Positions 45,331 to 53,982 of a DNA stretch of 64,000 nt are shown piece by piece (positions within the stretch are counted from its first letter, which is position 1; every line of letters begins with the position of its first letter). Origin of the DNA: Parcubacteria group bacterium Gr01-1014_8 (GTDB taxonomy: Bacteria > Patescibacteriota > Minisyncoccia > Phycocordibacterales > UBA2100). The stretch is taken from positions 320,001 through 384,000 of the forward strand of contig VMGC01000001.1 in NCBI GenBank assembly GCA_007376385.1, written 5' to 3'. Both the position numbers and the translations under genes were made by a program. Under the pieces are notes generated by a model that was not told where the DNA came from, ran no database searches, and was given only the letters and a program-made list of their open reading frames with translations.

Positions 45331-46446
45331 ATGAGTCACATGATACAGCGTCTCACAGTGGGTGTGCTCGTGGCTGTTCTATCAGCGTTAGGAAGTGTCT
45401 TCTGGTTTCTGTACAACGAACCCCCTCATCATTGTCTGAAAGAAGAAAACGTACGGTGGTGCTTCATACACGAGGCGCAAGCTATTGCCGCAATAGAGGG
45501 AGCACAGAAGGCATATTCATATGTGCACGATGTCATTAAAAAATATAGCGATTATAAGACCGAACACCTGGCACTTCATTATGTTGGTATGAAGGCATAT
45601 GACGAAGCGGGATCAGTAGACAAGGCTTTTACGCTCATCTATGGGGAAGATCAGATGGCTGATGATTCGATATATTACAGCGGTTTTCAACACGGGCTCT
45701 TCGAGCGATATTTTGAGGTGAATGGAGCACAGACACCGACTGTGCTCGGGAATGAGACGTGTCACACATATGCTTCATCGGAGTCCCTCGATGAGTTCAC
45801 CAGTACCCGCACGCGAGTGCTCGCAGCGGAATGCTATCACGCGATCGGTCACGCGATAATGTTCATATCTGACAATAATGTTGAGGCATCACTTTCGGCA
45901 TGTGACGCGTTCCCTCATCAATGGGAGCAACGGTGGTGTTACCATGGAGTGTTCATGGAGAATTATTATCTACACATTCCCGAATATCATCTCGGCGTCG
46001 CACGGCCGGATGCCGAAGGGCTTTCTGTAGTCGAGCTTTGCATGCGCGTTGGGGAAAAATATCGGGGAGAGTGCAGTTATTTCGTGGGCTGGGTGTATAT
46101 GCAAATGCATCCAAACGACTTTGCCGGAGCATTTTCCGAATGCGCGATGTTTCCGCAGAGTGATGCAAGGATATGTATCGCACGCGTGGGACGTTTTTTT
46201 GTAGCCGCATCGTCCGCAGGCGATCTCTCGGGCATGATCGCAACGTGTGAGAAGGCGCACCCATTCCTGCGTGAATGTTTGTACGGAACAGCCATCGGAT
46301 TGAACCAGGGAGTGGGTTTGTTTGAATATGTCAATAAAGGCAAAGGGCTATGTGATGTTCTTGAGGACGATATGCACGCGGATTGTGAAAACGCCCTGAC
46401 ACGGTCTCATGAAAGTCTTGCGCGGAAAGTAATAACCGAACTCTGA
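45331..46446 (+). CDS. Exported Cys/His-rich protein, family member P6
   Basis: TM anchor. Motifs ECYHAIGHAIMF and WCYHGVFMENYY. Confidence 0.6.
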   Translation: MSHMIQRLTVGVLVAVLSALGSVFWFLYNEPPHHCLKEENVRWCFIHEAQAIAAIEGAQKAYSYVHDVIKKYSDYKTEHLALHYVGMKAYDEAGSVDKAFTLIYGEDQMADDSIYYSGFQHGLFERYFEVNGAQTPTVLGNETCHTYASSESLDEFTSTRTRVLAAECYHAIGHAIMFISDNNVEASLSACDAFPHQWEQRWCYHGVFMENYYLHIPEYHLGVARPDAEGLSVVELCMRVGEKYRGECSYFVGWVYMQMHPNDFAGAFSECAMFPQSDARICIARVGRFFVAASSAGDLSGMIATCEKAHPFLRECLYGTAIGLNQGVGLFEYVNKGKGLCDVLEDDMHADCENALTRSHESLARKVITEL

Positions 46447-46460
46447 CTGGAGGGTCCCTT

Positions 46461-46901
46461 TTAGGGTCGTGGGAACGGCTCACCGATAAGGAGGTAGGAG
46501 AGCACCAATTGTCCTTGTGGGTTGATATATACAGAACCGTATCCATGTGTACCCGGGACGACGTCGTCAATCGTAGCCGGGGTTGTCGAACTAGTGCCAA
46601 CGACCGCGCCGTTCTCGATTATCACATCCCTGCGTTCTACGAAGAAGTCAGGGGCGAGGGAATACAAAGTCGGGACATCCAGGTTAACGCTGGGTATCCG
46701 CGTAATCCCTACCAATTTCCGATGCTCGAGGTCTATAGAGTACACGGTGAGAAATTCCGAGAATGCTAAAAAGCCGAAGATCTTCTCTGGCGCTGTCATG
46801 GCGCTAAGACGTTCGCGATAAACATAGAGTTCTTCGCCGGCGATGATGGTCGCGGATAGGACAAGGGATAGACAGCCGAGAATGATTGGAAGTCTGTTCA
46901 T
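46461..46901 (-). CDS. Small secreted protein of unknown function
   Basis: Signal peptide MNRLPIILGCLSLVLSATIIA plus about 125 aa. ATGA overlap with the upstream gene. Confidence 0.4.
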   Translation of the reverse strand: MNRLPIILGCLSLVLSATIIAGEELYVYRERLSAMTAPEKIFGFLAFSEFLTVYSIDLEHRKLVGITRIPSVNLDVPTLYSLAPDFFVERRDVIIENGAVVGTSSTTPATIDDVVPGTHGYGSVYINPQGQLVLSYLLIGEPFPRP

Positions 46902-47320
46902 GATCCTATACGTTTGGTGATGGTTATGTCCGTAGCGCGGAGCGTCCCCATTGTCTGCAGGTCTCTATTCACGCGTACGGTTGCTCCGGGCGGTAAGGGG
47001 ATCATTTTTCCTATTATGAATCTCTTCTCTTCCATGATACCCGCTCTGAACACATATTCTACAGATGACCACCTCGTGGCGTCATCGTATACGAATTCTA
47101 CTGTAACTCGCGGTTCTGCAATCGAGTAGCTACTCAGAGTTGAAACACGAAGCACGTGATCGGCGAGACGGTGATCAGTTACGATCCCATAATATGTACG
47201 CTCAGCATGCATTCCGTCTCGTGGTAGTGTAGGCATGAAAACATTAACGCCGAAAGACAATACGTATCCGCAGGCTCCCCCAAGAATTATCGGCAGCGCG
47301 TATCTTAGGGCGATATGCAT
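46898..47320 (-). CDS. Small signal-anchored protein of unknown function
   Basis: Start set at MHIALRYALPIILGG (47320). The longer tracked ORF (to 47515) would read through an intergenic repeat copy. Confidence 0.4.
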   Translation of the reverse strand: MHIALRYALPIILGGACGYVLSFGVNVFMPTLPRDGMHAERTYYGIVTDHRLADHVLRVSTLSSYSIAEPRVTVEFVYDDATRWSSVEYVFRAGIMEEKRFIIGKMIPLPPGATVRVNRDLQTMGTLRATDITITKRIGS

Positions 47321-47342
47321 CGAGTAATTATAGCTCGTAGTA

Positions 47343-47450
47343 AAGGTTCCTCGGAGCAAGCTCCGAGGTATTATGGAGCTCGCTTCGCTCGCGCAGTCTC
47401 GCAGCAGAGCTGCGAGATATTGAACCTGTGTTTGCTCCTCGGCTCGGAAA
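47343..47450 (-). repeat. Intergenic repeat family, L-part copy C (inverted, with 46-nt internal insertion)
   Basis: The reverse complement gives atttccgagccgaggagcaaacacaggttcaata[46-nt insert]cctcggagcttgctccgaggaaccttt, matching 52281-52334. Contains the perfect hairpin cctcggagc-ttg-ctccgagg. Confidence 0.6.
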
Positions 47451-47571
47451 TGCAAAAGTGCTCTTTTGCGTTTCTCTCGCAACGCTCGCAAATAAAGCGC
47501 ATGAGGGCGACCCATTTATGCGTATCGTTCTTCGCATCGTATTTGCTTGACATAGGCGTGCAGAATATGAT

Positions 47572-49182
47572 GTGCACAACATGCAACGCATCAGTGCTTT
47601 ATTGCTGGTACTTGTACTCGGCTCTTATGCAATGTATTACGCCATTCCGGAGGACGTATCCAACGTATCATGTGATAACTGCAATCTTGTGATCATCACG
47701 TTGGATAGCGTGAGGTTGGATCACATGGCTTTGTATGGTTATGAACGCTCGACAACCCCGAACATCGACAACTTCGGACAGGGCGCGTTGGTATTCACTA
47801 ATTATTTTTCGACGAGTTATTTGACGCCTGTTAGTGCATTTTCAATGCTCACTGGCAGATATCCTTTCAGCAATGGCGTCGTCAGTTTTTATTCATATTT
47901 GCGCGACGATGTTACTTCACTTGCGGAGACCCTACAGGCGGAGGGGTATCGTGCTGCGGCGTTCGGTTCTTCTCCAGAGTACGAACTCTTTCCTTCACTC
48001 AAAGAAAGCGGGATGCGAGGTTTCGATGTGTATAAAACTTTTACGTCTGATGATCCAGATATATTGCCCAGTCGTTCGCAGGTTCCAGTAGAGGAAGCAA
48101 TTGCCTGGGCCGAAGATTCTTCGCAGCCGTTTTTTTTATGGATGCCGATCGGCGCTGCGCACTGGCCATATGATCCATTTGAAGAACGAACTTTTACCGA
48201 TGCAGGTTACGACGGGTTTCTGCGGAATTTACCTTCCGGTTTTAAGACCTATAGTCAGATATATAAGGGGACATATTATCCGATACGTGAGGGGACAATG
48301 CCGAATGTCCGCCAGTCTCTGCATCTGCCGGAATATTCTTCCCGACATACCGAAGAGGTCGATCTGCTCCTTGAGTGGGGACCATCTGCAACTACCTCAT
48401 TGAATGCGGAGGACCTTGAATACGTTCGAGGTCGCTACGACGACGGACTGCTATTCATGGATCGCATCGTCGGCGACATAATTGCAACTCTCGAAGAAAA
48501 ACATTTGGATCGGGATACCATCATAATTATTGAATCGGTGCATGGTGAAGAATTGGGCGAGCGCGGTGTCATTGGGCACTATGATATTGATGAAGCAACG
48601 ATACGAAGTCCGTTGATGATCAAGGTGCCTGGAGCGCGTTCGCGCCGCATCGACGCTCTTATCTCTGGAGTCGACATCTATCCGACCGCGCTAAGTATGT
48701 TGGGAATCGATATGGCTATGCGCGATGGGATAGACTTTGTACCATTTCTTTCCGGAGTGACCTCAACAGAACCTCGGCAAGAAGTATTCCTTACGCGCAC
48801 GCCACTTTTCGAGACGCTCTATACGGTCGAAGGGGATAGCATGACATCTGCTCGTTACGAGCGATTGCGCTCTGAGGATGCGCGCATGCATTATCACGAT
48901 AGCGCGATCCGTACGAACGAATGGAAGCTCATTCATCGCACTAGCAGAGTGGCGTTGTCACGTTATTCATGGTGGCAGTATCTCACTGGGAATATTGAAA
49001 ATATCCCAGAATACGAGCTGTATTTTCTTCTTGACGATCCTCTTGAGACAACGAATCTGTATAACGAGCGTCCTGACATTGCGACGCCATTGCAGGAGCG
49101 CTTGAGCGCGTGGGAGAATACGCAGGCGAGTGATCGCAATCTATTAAAAATGCAAGATACGATACGGCAGGAATACTTTTAA
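47572..49182 (+). CDS. Sulfatase-family (alkaline-phosphatase superfamily) enzyme with Thr at nucleophile position; membrane-anchored
   Basis: N-terminal TM. LVIITLDSVRLDH (metal-binding Asp), SYLTPVSAFSMLTGRYP in place of C/S-x-P-x-R, FFLWMPIGAAHWPY and ESVHGEELGE. Confidence 0.65.
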   Translation: MHNMQRISALLLVLVLGSYAMYYAIPEDVSNVSCDNCNLVIITLDSVRLDHMALYGYERSTTPNIDNFGQGALVFTNYFSTSYLTPVSAFSMLTGRYPFSNGVVSFYSYLRDDVTSLAETLQAEGYRAAAFGSSPEYELFPSLKESGMRGFDVYKTFTSDDPDILPSRSQVPVEEAIAWAEDSSQPFFLWMPIGAAHWPYDPFEERTFTDAGYDGFLRNLPSGFKTYSQIYKGTYYPIREGTMPNVRQSLHLPEYSSRHTEEVDLLLEWGPSATTSLNAEDLEYVRGRYDDGLLFMDRIVGDIIATLEEKHLDRDTIIIIESVHGEELGERGVIGHYDIDEATIRSPLMIKVPGARSRRIDALISGVDIYPTALSMLGIDMAMRDGIDFVPFLSGVTSTEPRQEVFLTRTPLFETLYTVEGDSMTSARYERLRSEDARMHYHDSAIRTNEWKLIHRTSRVALSRYSWWQYLTGNIENIPEYELYFLLDDPLETTNLYNERPDIATPLQERLSAWENTQASDRNLLKMQDTIRQEYF

Positions 49183-49190
49183 ATGATCTT

Positions 49191-50612
49191 ATGATGTTGC
49201 TCTTTCCATCTAAAAAACATGCATTTGTTGTGGTGGGGTGTATCGTGATGCTCGCGGTCGCGACATTTTTCATACTTCGAGGAGGAGACGATCTCTCGTG
49301 CAGAGAGTGTAATGTAATTATCATTGGCGTCGACACACTCCGGGCGGACGCGTTGCATAGTCTTGGATATGAGCGTGAGACCACTCCGACCCTTGATGCG
49401 CTCGCCAATAAAGGTGTCATTTTCTCACAGGCAATCTCTGCATCGAGCTGGACGGTGCCATCATTCATGTCGATCTTTACGGGTATGTATCCCTCGGCGC
49501 ACAAGGTGACAAATAAATTCGTAAAATTTTCAAAAGACGCGAAGATACTCACAAATCTTAAAGATATTGATCCTGAGATCGAAACGTTCGCGATGATCAT
49601 GAAGAACGCAGGCTACGCAACCGGAGGCTTTACGGGGGATGCAGGAGTCTCAGCACAGTTCGGATACGGACAGGGGTATGATATATATACCGACGAAAAA
49701 ACCTTCGGCGGATTTGAGAATAGCGAGCAACATGCCTTGAAATGGCTGGATACTCTGGACTCCAAACAAAAGTTCTTTATGTTCTTCCATGGTTATGATC
49801 TGCATGGGCAACATGATCTAGATGACGATTCGTCCAGGGAATTTGTTCCTGAATATTCAGGGACGTACAAAGGCACGAAAGAAGAAGAGGCAATTATCCG
49901 TGAACAGCAACTGGAATGGGGAGGATTGTCACTCACGCCGGGGGACGTAGCATTCTGGCGGGGCATATATGACAGCAAGATCAAAGACGCAGATACGCGG
50001 CTTGCCAGTTTTATCGCGGAACTCGAAAAGAGGGGTCTTCTCAAAAATACGGTCATAGTTTTAGTGTCTGACCACGGAGAAGAGTTTTATGAACATAAAG
50101 GCATTGATCACGGACACTCTTTATATGATGAACAGGTTCATGTGCCTTTGATACTCATCGTTCCGGGTATGACCGGCGGAAGAAGGGTCGATGCGCAAGT
50201 AAGTACAATGGATATCGCTCCTTCAATTCTCGATATCCTCAACATCGCACCGAGCGCAGCTTTCGAAGAACAAACCGCTTTGAGACGCAGTCTTGTGCCG
50301 TATATTCTTGGATTGGAATTTCGCGGGTACGATATTTTTACCGAGACGGATTATCGCAACTCACGGCATCTTCGTTCAGTGCGTACCGCAGACGGGTGGA
50401 AGTACATACTCGATCTCGAAAGTAAACACGAAGAGCTTTATGACCTTCGCAATGATCCAGGTGAGTTAAAGGATTTAGCATCGAGCGAGGTAAAAAAGCG
50501 TGACGAGACTAGAAGAAGACTTCTCACTCACATGCGGGATGAACTTCATCAGACTTTGGATCAAGAAATACGCACTGATTGTCTCCCGGTATATGTTGGA
50601 GAGTGCGAGTAG
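49191..50612 (+). CDS. Sulfatase-family (alkaline-phosphatase superfamily) enzyme, second copy, Thr at nucleophile position
   Basis: N-terminal TM. IIIGVDTLRAD, SSWTVPSFMSIFTGMYP, VSDHGEEFYEHKGIDHGHSLYDEQVHVPLILIVPG. Confidence 0.65.
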   Translation: MMLLFPSKKHAFVVVGCIVMLAVATFFILRGGDDLSCRECNVIIIGVDTLRADALHSLGYERETTPTLDALANKGVIFSQAISASSWTVPSFMSIFTGMYPSAHKVTNKFVKFSKDAKILTNLKDIDPEIETFAMIMKNAGYATGGFTGDAGVSAQFGYGQGYDIYTDEKTFGGFENSEQHALKWLDTLDSKQKFFMFFHGYDLHGQHDLDDDSSREFVPEYSGTYKGTKEEEAIIREQQLEWGGLSLTPGDVAFWRGIYDSKIKDADTRLASFIAELEKRGLLKNTVIVLVSDHGEEFYEHKGIDHGHSLYDEQVHVPLILIVPGMTGGRRVDAQVSTMDIAPSILDILNIAPSAAFEEQTALRRSLVPYILGLEFRGYDIFTETDYRNSRHLRSVRTADGWKYILDLESKHEELYDLRNDPGELKDLASSEVKKRDETRRRLLTHMRDELHQTLDQEIRTDCLPVYVGECE

Positions 50613-50665
50613 TACTATCGATAGGGAAAATATATCTATTATCTGACAGATGATACTATGCGTTC

Positions 50666-51058
50666 ATGCGAGGGACGCAGGTTTTCGATAATATGTCGCT
50701 GACATATATTCTTGTTTCCGTACTCCTCTTTGTATTGGTAGTAACTTCTGTTCTGTATCTAAAGAAAGGGGATGTCCAGGATGTAAGGAAGCAAATTATT
50801 CTTGAGCAACAAGGATTTCAGCCGAGTGAGCTCACTGTCAAAAAAGGAAGCACGGTAACATTCACTACGACCGCCGCGCGACAGTTCTGGCCGGCTTCAA
50901 ATTTGCATCCAAGTCATGACATCTATCCTGATTTTGACGCGAAGCGGCCTCTTGAGAGCGATGAAGTATGGAGCTTCACTTTCAATACAGCAGGCGATTG
51001 GCCATTTCATGATCACATCCGATCATACTATGTTGGTGTCGTACACGTAATCGAGTAA
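50666..51058 (+). CDS. Membrane-anchored standalone cupredoxin-like His-rich domain protein
   Basis: TM anchor, then QGFQPSELTVKKGSTVTFTTT...WPASNLHPSHDIYPDFD...WSFTFNTAGDWPFHDHIRSYYVGVVHV. Same domain as the N-termini of P4 and P8. Confidence 0.55.
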   Translation: MRGTQVFDNMSLTYILVSVLLFVLVVTSVLYLKKGDVQDVRKQIILEQQGFQPSELTVKKGSTVTFTTTAARQFWPASNLHPSHDIYPDFDAKRPLESDEVWSFTFNTAGDWPFHDHIRSYYVGVVHVIE

Positions 51059-51072
51059 AGTGGAAGCTGTAT

Positions 51073-52272
51073 ATGCGTTTGTATATGAAGATAAGTGTCC
51101 TCTCAGCATTCTTGTTTGTGGGGCTCGCAGTGTTTTTCTTTATGCCGGGTACTCGGATGGCGCGCGCGGCAGAGGCCTGTTCCACCGGGCACGAAAAACA
51201 AGATGAGCAGATACAATGCTGGCTCGATATCATGCGTGCGGAAATGAGAGATGATGGAATAGGAGCCGCAATGAAGGTCTTTTCGTACGTATACAACACG
51301 TACCCCACATTCTCAGCTACAGGCTGTCATGTGCACGCGCATCGCGTGGGCGATATGGCGTATTATGAATTTTATCTTGCGAATCCTGATCTTGATGCTC
51401 TGGAATTTCCGCAAGAGACGGCAAGTTGCGGGTATGGCTTCTATCACGGCTTTTTCGAGCATCTTATTCAGGATAATCCCGATCCGTCATACATAACGTC
51501 CACATGCACATATTTTCATGAGCGGCTCGGGCACATGCTCGGCGACATGAGACAGATCTGCTATCACGGGAGCGGGCATGGACTTATGCTTGCGAGAACA
51601 GAAGAAGTAACGAACGATGATTGGGGGAATGCACAGGCGTTCGCAACAAAGCCGCTCGAACAGTGCGAGAAACTTTCTGAGGCGACAGTGCGTGAAAAAG
51701 AAGAATGTCGTGAGGGGATCTATAATGTGCTTGTTGATTGGATGGAGGGGAAAGAGTATGGATTTGTCTACAACGACATCCACCCGTTCGCAGTTTGCGA
51801 TGAGCTTCAAAATTACGATTGGAAAAAGGCATGTTACTACGAAATGTCCCAGAAATTGGACCGAGTATCGGCACGTGACCCTGTGCAGCTTGTCAAAATT
51901 ATTGCTCCGATACAGGACCCGAAATTACAACGCACCGCATTGTTGGTAGGTATCGCGGGAATGATGCAGTCAGTTGCAAACACCAATGCGTACGAATCCT
52001 TCATGCGTACGTGTGCGCAATTGGGCGAGAAGTCCAGGAACGACTGTGCCATCGGCGTCATTTCCGGGCTCTTCGAGCACGGGCTTCCTCAGGAAGAGTA
52101 TGTGAATGCCATACGCGCATGTCGTCTCGAGGAAATTGGATCATCCGGGATGGCTGCTTCGTGCTGGAAAGAGGTTTCGAATAAATTAATACGTTTTTAT
52201 ACCCCCCAGCGTGTGCAAGAGATCTGTCCAGAATTTCCAGAGGAATACCGATCTCTGTGCAGCAAGAAATGA
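51073..52272 (+). CDS. Exported Cys/His-rich protein, family member P7
   Basis: Motifs GCHVHAHRVG, SCGYGFYHGFFEH, ICYHGSGHGLML and ECREGIYNVL. Confidence 0.65.
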   Translation: MRLYMKISVLSAFLFVGLAVFFFMPGTRMARAAEACSTGHEKQDEQIQCWLDIMRAEMRDDGIGAAMKVFSYVYNTYPTFSATGCHVHAHRVGDMAYYEFYLANPDLDALEFPQETASCGYGFYHGFFEHLIQDNPDPSYITSTCTYFHERLGHMLGDMRQICYHGSGHGLMLARTEEVTNDDWGNAQAFATKPLEQCEKLSEATVREKEECREGIYNVLVDWMEGKEYGFVYNDIHPFAVCDELQNYDWKKACYYEMSQKLDRVSARDPVQLVKIIAPIQDPKLQRTALLVGIAGMMQSVANTNAYESFMRTCAQLGEKSRNDCAIGVISGLFEHGLPQEEYVNAIRACRLEEIGSSGMAASCWKEVSNKLIRFYTPQRVQEICPEFPEEYRSLCSKK

Positions 52273-52280
52273 AGAGCCTC

Positions 52281-52467
52281 TTTTATTTCCGAGCCGAGGA
52301 GCAAACACAGGTTCAATACCTCGGAGCTTGCTCCGAGGAACCTTTATCTGTCGAGGATAGCAAGCGAAATGCGAAAGTGCAGGTTTCGCATTTCCGAGCG
52401 ACACAGACAGCAAAGGTTCAAAGCCCCGCGGCTTGCCTGCCTGTGCGATGCACGCAGACAGGCCGCG
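52281..52467 (+). repeat. Intergenic repeat element, most complete copy B (L-part 52281-52334 + R 52335-52467)
   Basis: R is identical to 16111-16243 apart from 1 nt. The L-part matches the inverted copy at 47343-47450. R overlaps the last 41 codons of the minus-strand gene P8. Confidence 0.75.
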
Positions 52468-53894
52468 GAATTTGGGACGCATAACCCTTCAACAAGCTGC
52501 GGGTCGGATGCCTTTGCAAATACGAGCACGATCTTTTGGCACTGCAGAAGCTCTTGCTCTAACGTAAATTGGCCGCAAAATGCAATGGAGTGCCGTGCGC
52601 CCTTTTCAGGTGTCTCACGATGGAAGAAACCCGACACAACGCCGAGAATGCATGCTGCCCATTCTTCTTGATCCATGAGTTGACTGCACTCTTTTGCCAG
52701 ATGCGTGAATTCTGGCTCACCGACGCGGCGCCGTACCTCGTCATTTATAAGCGCTTGCATTGATTCGAGCCGTGCTGCCTTTACGGGTATCTGTCTTAGT
52801 AACGAGAAACCGTCTTCAAGTGAGTATTTGTTGTGGCGGATGTATCCGACACCGATCTCTATGGCGCATCCCGTCCAATATTCTGGCACTGCCCTGCAAA
52901 CACCGAGGGGATCGTCATGCCTGAACGAGATCCCGTATTCACCGGAACCAAGAGCTATTGAGAGCGAATTGAATACGCCGGAAGCACACCGTGTTCTTTC
53001 CCACTCTGGTTGAATTGCGCTCTCGCATGAGAGGAGTGCGCTTTTCGCCATTTTGTATTCGTCACCCCACTTGGTTGAATCAATAGAGTCGAACAGTGCA
53101 TGTCCGATGCCGTGATAACACGCGCCGACAGCATTGTGCCGTGATGTTGGCGTTCCTAGATGTGTGCTATCTCGCATCTTTTCGCAGTAGGCAACGGTTT
53201 GAGCGACTCCCTCATCTCCTGTGTCGCGAAGGGCTTGTTCCATGAATCCATGATAGAAACCGAAATTGCAATACGTGGTTTCTATCCTGTCAGCGACAGC
53301 GCCTCCGGCTTTGTATAGTTGATATGTCTGTATGCCGATATAGTGCGAAACGTCGTGACAATTTCTCTGAAATAACGGATCCTCAGCATTCCACTTTTCG
53401 AAAGCGTCGAACACTGCGTCGAGTCCTCCTTTCTTAAGAATACGGTCTATTTCACCGTCCCAGCAGTAGGCTTTTATTGTGTCGGTCGAGGAGTCGAGAC
53501 ATGCTTCGACACTTTCTCCTTCATATCCTAGGACGATAATTCTTCCCTGCACCATTGGGTGCATATGATCGTGGAATGGCCAGACCCCTGCACGCGAAAA
53601 AGTAAATTCCCATGGATCACCGGGCTGAATCGCGTGTGTTGGGTCGAAATCCGAATAGCGTCCATGGGACGGATGAGAATCCGACGCAGGCCACGAATCT
53701 GATATCGATGAATTAACGAAGATGACCGTGTCACCTTTGTTGATAGTAAGCCTCTCAGGCGAGAATCCGGTATTGGTTCTTGTGATGGTGTATGTCTGCG
53801 GAGAAAGATATGCGTATGCCATTCCTGCAAGAACCGCGACAGCAAGAAAAATAACTGCCAAAAGCTTAACAGAAAGAGAAAAATGCGCGCGCAT
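52344..53894 (-). CDS. Exported Cys/His-rich family member P8 with N-terminal cupredoxin-like domain; C-terminal 41 aa encoded by repeat element R
   Basis: N-terminal domain TYTITRTNTGFSPERLTINKGDTVIFVNSS...WPASDSHPSHGRYSDFD...VWPFHDHMHPMVQGRIIV. Family motifs NCHDVSHYIG, YCNFGFYHGF, ACYHGIGHAL and RCASGVFNS. The stop codon lies inside R copy B. Confidence 0.65.
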   Translation of the reverse strand: MRAHFSLSVKLLAVIFLAVAVLAGMAYAYLSPQTYTITRTNTGFSPERLTINKGDTVIFVNSSISDSWPASDSHPSHGRYSDFDPTHAIQPGDPWEFTFSRAGVWPFHDHMHPMVQGRIIVLGYEGESVEACLDSSTDTIKAYCWDGEIDRILKKGGLDAVFDAFEKWNAEDPLFQRNCHDVSHYIGIQTYQLYKAGGAVADRIETTYCNFGFYHGFMEQALRDTGDEGVAQTVAYCEKMRDSTHLGTPTSRHNAVGACYHGIGHALFDSIDSTKWGDEYKMAKSALLSCESAIQPEWERTRCASGVFNSLSIALGSGEYGISFRHDDPLGVCRAVPEYWTGCAIEIGVGYIRHNKYSLEDGFSLLRQIPVKAARLESMQALINDEVRRRVGEPEFTHLAKECSQLMDQEEWAACILGVVSGFFHRETPEKGARHSIAFCGQFTLEQELLQCQKIVLVFAKASDPQLVEGLCVPNSAACLRASHRQASRGALNLCCLCRSEMRNLHFRISLAILDR

Positions 53895-53982
53895 ATGCCC
53901 CTAGTATACGATGCCCGTTCAGGTTGTTTTTTAACGACTCTTGGGGCAGAATGGCATCCTCGTGGGGTAGCGCCCTTGCTTT

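Noticed and set aside
46898-47515. Longer 205-aa version of the small minus-strand protein starting at 47515
   Set aside because: The extra N-terminal 65 aa are encoded by an inverted copy of the intergenic repeat L-part (FRAEEQTQVQYL also appears in an unrelated frame at 52257..52484). The start was moved to the Met at 47320.
47572-50612. Annotation as classical formylglycine-dependent sulfatases
   Set aside because: Both lack C/S-x-P-x-R and have Thr at the nucleophile position with no following Arg. They are better described as Thr-nucleophile alkaline-phosphatase-superfamily enzymes.
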